Positions 45,801 to 52,800 of a stretch of 64,000 bases of DNA are shown piece after piece; the first letter of the stretch is position 1, and every line of letters starts with the position of its first letter. The DNA comes from an uncultured Bacteroidaceae bacterium. Its GTDB lineage: Bacteria > Bacteroidota > Bacteroidia > Bacteroidales > GCA-2748055. The stretch is from NCBI GenBank assembly GCA_964454295.1, contig CAYVTV010000001.1, forward strand, positions 1,111 through 65,110. Reading direction: 5' to 3'. The notes under the pieces are model-generated. The model searched no databases, was not told the origin of the DNA, and saw only the letters and a program-made list of their open reading frames with translations. The translations under genes and the position numbers were made by a program.

Positions 45801-46320
45801 AGTCAAACCCGATTTTAAAAAGCTGGGACCAAAATTCGGCAGCAGGATGAAGGCAGTATCAGCCAGGATAGCAGGCATGACCGGCAGCGAAATACGGCGT
45901 TTTGAAGAGAAAGGAAGCTGTATTATGGACCTGGGAGAGGAAAAGATTGAACTGCAGCTTGATGACGTGGAGATCATCTCAGAAGATATACCCGGATGGC
46001 TGGTGGCTAATGAAGGTAAACTTACAGTGGCCCTGGATATTACAATTACGGATGAGCTCAGGCATGAAGGCATTGCCAGGGAATTTATTAACCGTATTCA
46101 GAATATACGTAAGGAAAGCGGTTTTGATGTTACGGATAAAATAAAAATTGAGATCCGCAGACATGATGCTATTAATGAAGCAGTGACGCGATTCAGTGAT
46201 TATATAGGATCACAGACACTGGCAGGGAAAATAGACCTTGTTGACAATCTGAACGGAGATTCCAGGGAGATTGAAATAGATGATGATATCAGGACAACGA
46301 TAAAAATAGTAAGGATATAA
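42889..46320 (+). CDS. ileS: Isoleucine--tRNA ligase
   Basis: 1143 aa. PPSANGKPGIHH (HIGH-like) and KMSKRLGN (KMSKS) motifs. Confidence 0.97.
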   Translation: MERKFREYKNFDLAVINRDMLKVWKEENTFHQSLAIREEAPDFVFYEGPPSANGKPGIHHVISRTIKDIICRFKTLEGYRVNRKAGWDTHGLPVELAVEQMLGITREDIGKKISIAEYNNACKKEVMKYTREWEDLTDKMGYWIDMSDPYITYDNRYIETLWWLLKEMFKKDLLYKGYTIQPYSPAAGTGLSTHELNQPGCYRDVKDTTCTAMFGVIRNSISEFLFEKTDTPVYILAWTTTPWTLPSNTALAVGSDITYLRIKTFNPYSGSPATIILAKDLLTVYFPDKNASLQPEEYVPGDKNVPYRILGEFQGSKLMGVQYEQLLKWVNPGENAFRVVTGDFVTTEDGTGIVHIAPTFGADDLRVARENDINALMVKDKDGMMCPLVDRKGRFYRMDDMDTEFISTNVNTENYREFAGRYVKNEYDESIPKDAVPVDVDIAVHLKLNDRAFRIEKHIHNYPHCWRTDKPVLYYPLDSWFIRTTAMKDRMMELNNTINWKPESTGTGRFGKWLENLVDWNLSRSRFWGTPLPIWMSEDKKEITCIGSVAELKAEIEKSVKAGFMSKNILAEYEEGDFSTENYNRFDLHRPFVDDIILVSPTGNKMFREPDLIDVWFDSGAMPYAQVHYPFENSKNFNHFFPSDFIAEGVDQTRGWFFTLHAIAVLLFDSVSFRNIISNGLVLDKNGNKMSKRLGNAVDPFVIIEKYGSDPLRWYMMTNSQPWDNLKFDESGLDEVKRKFFGTLYNTYSFFALYANVDGFTCSEEEIPMSERPEIDRWIISLLHSLVKEVRKNYAEYEITKAGRLIQDFVIDNLSNWYVRLNRKRYWGGEYTKDKIAAYQTLYTCLETVAVLASPIAPFYMDKIFRDLNIVTRKHKLDSVHLNEFPEFDNKLINKSLEERMEIAQVVSSMVLSLRRRVNIKVRQPLNRMMIPVPGKNFVEKFESVKTLILSEVNVKEVKFIEDTEGILVKKVKPDFKKLGPKFGSRMKAVSARIAGMTGSEIRRFEEKGSCIMDLGEEKIELQLDDVEIISEDIPGWLVANEGKLTVALDITITDELRHEGIAREFINRIQNIRKESGFDVTDKIKIEIRRHDAINEAVTRFSDYIGSQTLAGKIDLVDNLNGDSREIEIDDDIRTTIKIVRI

Positions 46321-46326
46321 TAATAA

Positions 46327-46463
46327 TAACAGTTCGTTAAATTAGAATAAAACCCAAGGGCGCAATGGTGCGAAGTGCTGATTATCAGCAGAAAGCAAAA
46401 TACCGGAATGAATTAACAAAACGCTCATTATCGGCATGGTTCAAAAACATAACGAACTATTAT
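46327..46463. mobile_element. MITE-like element, family 2, copy X (~137 bp)
   Basis: Terminal inverted repeats taacagttcgtta ... taacgaactatta(t), flanked by TAATAA on both sides. It is collinear with copy Y over its full length. Confidence 0.7.
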
Positions 46464-46523
46464 TAATAACGTAAGCATATATTAAAAAAATGCGTATTTT
46501 TAGGAAAATTAATTTTTTATGCC

Positions 46524-46904
46524 ATGGCTGAAAAGACGAGATACTCAGATGAGGAACTGAATGAGTTCAGGCAGATCATCCTTCAGAAGCTTGATAAAGC
46601 CAAGCAGGACTATGAGTTATTGAAGAGTTCAATAACCATGAGTGATAATAACGACACCCAGGATACTTCGCCGACCTTTAAGGTGCTGGAAGAAGGAGCC
46701 GCAACACTTTCCAAGGAGGAAGCAGGTAAGCTGGCACAACGTCAGCAAAAGTTTATTCAGCATCTGCAGGCTGCGCTCATAAGAATTGAGAATAAGACCT
46801 ATGGCATTTGCCGTGAATCAGGTATGCTGATACCGAAAGAAAGACTCCGTGCAGTGCCCCATGCGACTTTAAGCATAGGTGCAAAAGAAAAAGGTGTTCG
46901 TTAA
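46524..46904 (+). CDS. TraR/DksA-family regulator
   Basis: 126 aa, with a coiled-coil N-terminus and C-terminal YGICRESGMLIPKERLRAVPHATL. It lies in the conserved ileS-dksA-lspA arrangement. Confidence 0.75.
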   Translation: MAEKTRYSDEELNEFRQIILQKLDKAKQDYELLKSSITMSDNNDTQDTSPTFKVLEEGAATLSKEEAGKLAQRQQKFIQHLQAALIRIENKTYGICRESGMLIPKERLRAVPHATLSIGAKEKGVR

Positions 46905-46934
46905 TACATCATCCTCATTTAAATCAAAGACTCC

Positions 46935-47026
46935 CCTTTGTGTTCCTTCGTGAAACCCTTCGTGTCCTTTGTGGTAAAAAAATAAACCACGAAGGACACA
47001 AAGGATAGCACAAAGGAACACGAAGG
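46935..47026. repeat. Family-1 hairpin repeat, copy N (A-rich loop)
   Basis: cctttgtgttccttcgtgaaacccttcgtgtcctttgtggt / aaaaaaat / aaaccacgaaggacacaaaggatagcacaaaggaacacgaagg. Confidence 0.85.
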
Positions 47027-47073
47027 AAGATATTATTTGCGTTTTTTTTGTAACAGATCACTTCAAATATACC

Positions 47074-47733
47074 ATGACTTTAGGACGTAAGGCTATCATA
47101 ACCATTGCACTGATCCTTATACTGGATCAGGTGGTAAAGTTCATTGTTAAAACCAATATGTATCTGTACCAGGATATCCATGTAATGGGAAACTGGTTTA
47201 TTTTCAAGTTTATAGAAAATAACGGAATGGCGTTTGGTATTAATCTCCCTGGTGATTACGGGAAAATGATCCTCAGTATTTTCAGAATCATTGCTGTAAT
47301 TGGAATAGGATTTTATCTGAAGCACCTTATAAGGATAAAATCGCCAACCGGATTGATTATTTCTGTTTCCATGATCATGGCCGGTGCTTTTGGAAATATT
47401 ATTGACAGCCTGTTCTATGGGATGATATTTTCAGAATCCACACCGTATTCGCTGGCAGTTATGTTTCCCGAAGGCGGAGGCTATTCATCCTTCCTGCATG
47501 GCAAGGTGGTGGATATTTTCTACTTTCCCATAATAAGAGGGTTTTATCCCGACTGGTTCCCCGTACTGGGCGGCCAGTCATTCGAATTTTTCCGCCCGGT
47601 CTTCAATATTGCAGATTCCTCCATTACCCTGGGAGTAACCGCTATCCTCATCTTTCAGAAAAGATTTTTTCCTCATGATTTTGAAAAGGAAACTTCCGCT
47701 GATGAGGATAACACGGACGATGATACAGAATAA
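47074..47733 (+). CDS. lspA: Lipoprotein signal peptidase (signal peptidase II)
   Basis: GNIIDSLFYG and VVDIFYF...FNIADSSITLG motifs. Four TM segments. Confidence 0.9.
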   Translation: MTLGRKAIITIALILILDQVVKFIVKTNMYLYQDIHVMGNWFIFKFIENNGMAFGINLPGDYGKMILSIFRIIAVIGIGFYLKHLIRIKSPTGLIISVSMIMAGAFGNIIDSLFYGMIFSESTPYSLAVMFPEGGGYSSFLHGKVVDIFYFPIIRGFYPDWFPVLGGQSFEFFRPVFNIADSSITLGVTAILIFQKRFFPHDFEKETSADEDNTDDDTE

Positions 47734-48101
47734 CAGGGAATGTTTCCGGTATTTTGCCCCCTTTCATCATCCGGGCTTTCTATCATTTCCTTTAGTACTT
47801 TTACCTTCTCATGCAGGAGTATAATATCCCTGCCGAAATTATGCTCACCTGCCATGATGATATATGTCTCAAGGATGGAAGTAAGACTGAGTACCGGGTT
47901 TATATCATTGCAGATATGCAATCCCGGATCTTTAACGCCTGCCGAATCAATTGCAATACTGAGCGAAACAGCTGTTTTACGTATCCGTTGACTTAAAGTA
48001 TCAGACTCTCCCCAGGGAAAACTTTTCGTAAGGTCATATACATCGGAAACAAAAGTTATTGCCTGAGTCCAGGATGGAATAGTACTTTTCTCCATAACCA
48101 A
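47673..48101 (-). CDS. Hypothetical protein, weakly four-helix-bundle (23S rRNA IVS protein)-like
   Basis: 142-aa ORF. AITFVSDVYDLTKSFPWGESDTLSQRIRKTAVSLSIAIDSA loosely resembles the TIGR02436 pattern. It overlaps the 3' end of lspA by 61 nt (convergent). Confidence 0.4.
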   Translation of the reverse strand: MVMEKSTIPSWTQAITFVSDVYDLTKSFPWGESDTLSQRIRKTAVSLSIAIDSAGVKDPGLHICNDINPVLSLTSILETYIIMAGEHNFGRDIILLHEKVKVLKEMIESPDDERGQNTGNIPCYSVSSSVLSSSAEVSFSKS

Positions 48102-48170
48102 TGATATATAAAGTTATACAATGGTTAATGGCAAAAAAGTAAGAAAAACAGCGTCGGGAGAGAATTATTA

Positions 48171-48755
48171 TTACCTTTTTACTAAACCGTAGAAAAGAAA
48201 GCTGATAAGATTGTCCAGCCTGTCTTCAATATTTCCGTGTTCCTTTCTGATAAACAGCGGAACTTCAAGGCCTTTCAGTGCAGTGGCAATGGCAACGGCA
48301 GCAAGCTCAGGATCTTCAACACTGAACTTCCCCTGATCAATACCGGTTTGTAAAATACTTTTTAATATACGGATCTCATTTTTGTCGTATTCCTTTCTTA
48401 TCTTTTCAATAAATTCAAGGTGCCCCAGGTGTTCACTTTTTAAAGCAGCATAAAAATTGGTGAGCGTACTCAGCTTGTCCATCCTGAAAAGGACAAAGGT
48501 TCTCAGCTTTTCGGCAGGATCATCAACCCCGGAAATAGCATCCTGCAGGTCATTCTTAAGTTCTTCTGCCTCCTTCTCCACAACAGCCTTAAAAATGTCT
48601 TCCTTGCTCTTAAAGTAATAGTAAATGGAACTTTTGCCTTTCTTTGAAGCCATACCGATCTCTTCCATCGTGGTCTTCCTGAAGCCAAACCTGGTGAAAA
48701 TCTTACTCGCCACGGATACAATATGCGACCTTATTTGATCCTTCTGAACAACCAT
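48171..48755 (-). CDS. TetR/AcrR-family transcriptional regulator
   Basis: N-terminal HTH: IVSVASKIFTRFGFRKTTMEEIGMASKKGKSSIYYYFKSKEDIF. Confidence 0.9.
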   Translation of the reverse strand: MVVQKDQIRSHIVSVASKIFTRFGFRKTTMEEIGMASKKGKSSIYYYFKSKEDIFKAVVEKEAEELKNDLQDAISGVDDPAEKLRTFVLFRMDKLSTLTNFYAALKSEHLGHLEFIEKIRKEYDKNEIRILKSILQTGIDQGKFSVEDPELAAVAIATALKGLEVPLFIRKEHGNIEDRLDNLISFLFYGLVKR

Positions 48756-48831
48756 AAACTATTAGTTATCTTTTTTCAAAAATATAAACCTGAAATACAG
48801 AATCCAAATATTTTCGAAAATAACTTTAACT

Positions 48832-48932
48832 CCTTCGTGTCCATTGTGAAACCCTTTGTGTCCATTTGTGGTTAAAAACGTAATGAGGTTAACCACAAAG
48901 GACACTAAGTACACACGAAGGAGCACAAAGGG
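48832..48932. repeat. Family-1 hairpin repeat, copy O
   Basis: ccttcgtgtccattgtgaaaccctttgtgtccatttgtggttaa / aaacgtaatgag / gttaaccacaaaggacactaag...cacaaagg. Confidence 0.85.
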
Positions 48933-48934
48933 GG

Positions 48935-49828
48935 TTACTTAATTTCGTTGAATTTATATGCGATCATGAGTTCATGCGTTCCGGCGTTGAATTTCCGTAT
49001 TCCTGAAACGCCAATGTCATAAGCATAGCCGAAATAAAATTTCTCTTCATGGACATATCCCAGGAGTATGGATAATGCGTCTTTCGACCGGAATGAAAGG
49101 CCTCCCCAGACGAAGTCCTTGTAAACCACCCGGGTGGTAAGGTCAAACTGGAACACTTTAGGAGCTGTGCCTTTTATGATAATGGAAGGTTCGAGTTTGA
49201 ATTCGCGGTTAATTTCGTATATGTATCCACCGGTAATATAGAAGTGACTTTTGAGTTTATTCAGTCCGTTTTTTTCTTCGAATATTCTCAGTGAGTTATT
49301 GAAGAGTTGTGTTACGGAGAATCCGCCGTAGAATTCTTCGGCATATACATAGGCGCCTATGGTTGCGTCAGGCACATAGGTGGAAAAAACAACCGGCTGT
49401 ATCGCTATATCCGCAGGATCCTTTGAAGTAAGCTGTGATCCGTCGATCTTGAATTGCATAATACCCAGTGAGAGGCCCATGGATAAACGGATATCACGGT
49501 CCAGTGCAATATTGTAGGCATAGGTGCCGGAAAGCCCGGTACGGCTGGAAGGGCCCGTCACGTCATTATAGAAATATCCTCCATACCCCATATCCAGCGT
49601 TGCATGAGGGCCATAGACACTAAGTGTGTTTGTCATCGGCGGATCAACCAGTCCTACCCACTGAAAACGGTGATTGGAGCGTATCTGGTAATAGTTCTTC
49701 GTTCCTGCAACTGCCGGATTAATGATGAAATCATTAAACATATACTGGGTATAATGGGGATTCTGCTGAGCCAGCATACCTGTTGTACTCAGTATGATCA
49801 TTAAGCTTATGTACACCAGTCTCTGCAT
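48935..49828 (-). CDS. PorP/SprF-family type IX secretion system membrane protein
   Basis: AQQNPHYTQYMFNDFIINPAVAG...RFQWVGL..PPMT is the family signature. It lies directly downstream of the giant adhesin gene. Confidence 0.88.
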   Translation of the reverse strand: MQRLVYISLMIILSTTGMLAQQNPHYTQYMFNDFIINPAVAGTKNYYQIRSNHRFQWVGLVDPPMTNTLSVYGPHATLDMGYGGYFYNDVTGPSSRTGLSGTYAYNIALDRDIRLSMGLSLGIMQFKIDGSQLTSKDPADIAIQPVVFSTYVPDATIGAYVYAEEFYGGFSVTQLFNNSLRIFEEKNGLNKLKSHFYITGGYIYEINREFKLEPSIIIKGTAPKVFQFDLTTRVVYKDFVWGGLSFRSKDALSILLGYVHEEKFYFGYAYDIGVSGIRKFNAGTHELMIAYKFNEIK

Positions 49829-49831
49829 GGC

Positions 49832-52800
49832 TTATCTGATTATGGTCAAAGGACCGGTTAATGCGCTGGCACCTTTATAGGGTATTACAACATAGTAATA
49901 CGTTCCGATGGGTACTTTCTTCCCTTTATGATATCCGTCCCAACGCTTACCGGCAGTATATCCTTTTGAGCTGAATAACTTTTCTCCCCAGCGGTTGAAT
50001 ACTTCCACTAAAATATCAGGATAATATTCAGCATTGTCAATATCCCAGAAATCGTTTATTCCGTCATCATTAGGGGAGAATGAACTATAGATGACAATGT
50101 TTTCTATGATGGTAATGGTAACCGTGTCGTTTTCAACACAGCCGTGTTCATCCACTGCTGTTACCACATAGGTCTGGCTTGCAGGCGGCGCTGCCACCGG
50201 GTCGGGGGTTATAGTATTATCAAGACCTGTTGCAGGATTCCATTGATAGCTTACATACGGACCGCCTGTGGCATTCAGGTTTACAGGGTTGTTTTTAATA
50301 ACGGTGGTGTCATTACCTGCAGAAAGTCCCAGCTTGGGGTATATTCCAATAGTTATGGTGTCGGTATCATAGCAATCGTTCGTTCCCACTGCTGTGAGAA
50401 TATAACTTACTTCGCTTGTTACTGTGACTGCCGGATTGGGTATGCCCGGGTTGCTGAGTCCTTCTGCGGGCGACCATGAGAAGATACTTCCGCCCTGTCC
50501 GTCGAGTATTATTGTACTGCCTTCACAAACAATGGTATCGGCACCGGCAGATGCCGTTACGTTCGTTTTGGCCGGCATAGTTATTATCTCAGTGGTTTCG
50601 CAGCCGTTCTGGTCGGTAACTGTCAGTGTGTAGCTGCCGGCATCCAGGCCGGAACGATCTTTTGTGACAGGTCCGTCAGCCCACTGGTATGACATGGTCC
50701 CCGTTCCCCCGGTTACAGTTATTATTACCTCTCCGTCAGGACTATATCTGTTGCAGGTTGCAGAAGTAATATCACTTAAAATATCAAGAGGTAATGGCTC
50801 ATATACGCTTACTATATCTGTGAAATATCTGCCCGATTCTTCTTTCACTGCAATATAATATGTCCCCGGAGCCAGGCCGGCAAACTCATTATTGGCATGC
50901 CAGGTGAGGCTGTCATCAATGGAATATTCAACAGGACCTGTGGCATCGTTTACGGTGATGAGGATCACCGCGTCGTCATATCCGTTACATGTGGACGCGG
51001 TTATCGATAGGGTTACATCAAGGGAGGGAACAGAGCTTATGGTGACAGGCTGTATATAGGTGCAGTTGTTGCCATCTCTCACTATCACGTCATAAATGCC
51101 GGCTTCGAGTCCTGTATAGCTGGTCTGGGAGGTAAACGGACCAGCCATGCCGTTGATGGAAAATTCGTAACTGCCTGTTCCGCCGGCAACATTGGAAATA
51201 GTTATGCTTCCCTGTTTAAATTCATTATACCAGGGAGTGCCTGTTATGGTGGCCGTGATCTGGTCAGGCTGGTTAATAGTCACTTCACCGGAGTTCAGGG
51301 TACAGTTATTTGCATCCTTCGCTGTTACTATATAGGTTCCGCCTCCCATGCCCGTAAATATTCCGTCGGCCTGCCAGCTGATGCCATCGTATGAATACTG
51401 TATGGCTCCGGTTCCGCCGCTGACTTCATATGCCAGGGATCCGTTCAGGTTCCCAAAGCAGTCGGTGACATCAGTTGAGGCCTCGGCAACCGGCGTCAGC
51501 GGAGCCGGGTCTGTCAGCACTACCGGGGCATCAACTGCCTCACATGCGCTGTTGTCTTTTACAAGGGGGGTATAAGTGCCGGGACCGATGTTGCTGAAAT
51601 CAGAACCGGGCAGGAAACTTACTCCGTTGTCAATGCTGTATGTAAATGTTGGGGTACCGCCTGATGCATAAATGCTTATGGTTCCGTTTGCATCTCCGGT
51701 GCAGCTTATATCTGTCCATCTGACAGAATCAATACTTAGCAGAGCGGGTTCATTTATGGTAACGGGGCTGCTTTCAACAGGACCGCAGCCTTCATTGTCC
51801 GTTATGCTGACTGTATATGTTCCCTGGGCCAACGCAGTGAATAATCCGTCGTTATTAAACTCTGCCGAAGGATTAAGTGTAAAGGTATATGGGGATGTGC
51901 CTCCTGCTGCAATTACCGTTATGGTCCCGTTATCATCGCCGCTGCAGCTTATATCTTCTTTGGTAAGGGAAGAGATGACCAGGGGATCGGGTTCAGAGAT
52001 ATTGAAGATGCTGTCTTTTATGCAGTTGTTATCATCCATGATGGTAAGGGTGTGGTTACCTGCGGCCAGGCCGGTAAAGGTGCTGTCAGCCTGGAATGTT
52101 CCCCCGTTAATACGGTAAACAATACTGCCGGTACCACCGCTTGCTACAGCACTGACTGCACCGGTTGAATCTCCTGTACAGCCGGTAACATCAGTGACAG
52201 TGAAAGAGGTGAAGATCAAGGGGGCAGGGTGGTTAATATACACTACTGTATCATTTATACAGTTGTTTTCGTCCGAAATGGTTATGGTATGGTTTCCTCC
52301 GCTGACTCCTGTAAATATTCCGGTGGTATTTGGTATTCCTTCGTCAAGGCTGTAGCTTTTACTTCCTGTTCCTCCTGAGGCTTCAATGACTATTTGTCCG
52401 TTAAGGCTTGTATAACATACTGTTACGTCGGTCTGTGCGTAATCGTCTATGCGTATGGGTGAAGGCTGACTTATATTATTCAGGTTTCCGGTTGCCATAC
52501 ATTCATTAAAATCCTTAACGACTGTCTGGTAGGAACCCGCCGGAAGGTTATTGAAAATGGGAGAAGAAGACCAGGTTAGCCCCCCGTCAATGGAATACTG
52601 ATATGGGGTAACACCGCCGTTCACATTAAGTATCCGTATTTCTCCCATGGTATCGCCATGGCATAGGTTACCGTCGATACGTATTTCGGAGGTTATCAGC
52701 AGTTTATCAGGTTCATCGATGGTGATCACGTCTGTTTTAATGCAGGAGTTATTATCTCTGACATATACAGTATATGTGTTTTTAGATAAGTTGTTGAAAA

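Noticed and set aside
25209-48932. Could the recurring GTGGTTAA/CACGAAGG repeats be a CRISPR array or arrays?
   Set aside because: Copies are scattered one per intergenic gap and separated by whole genes. They are internally palindromic with variable brick numbers. There are no regularly spaced unique spacers and no cas genes, so this is not CRISPR architecture.
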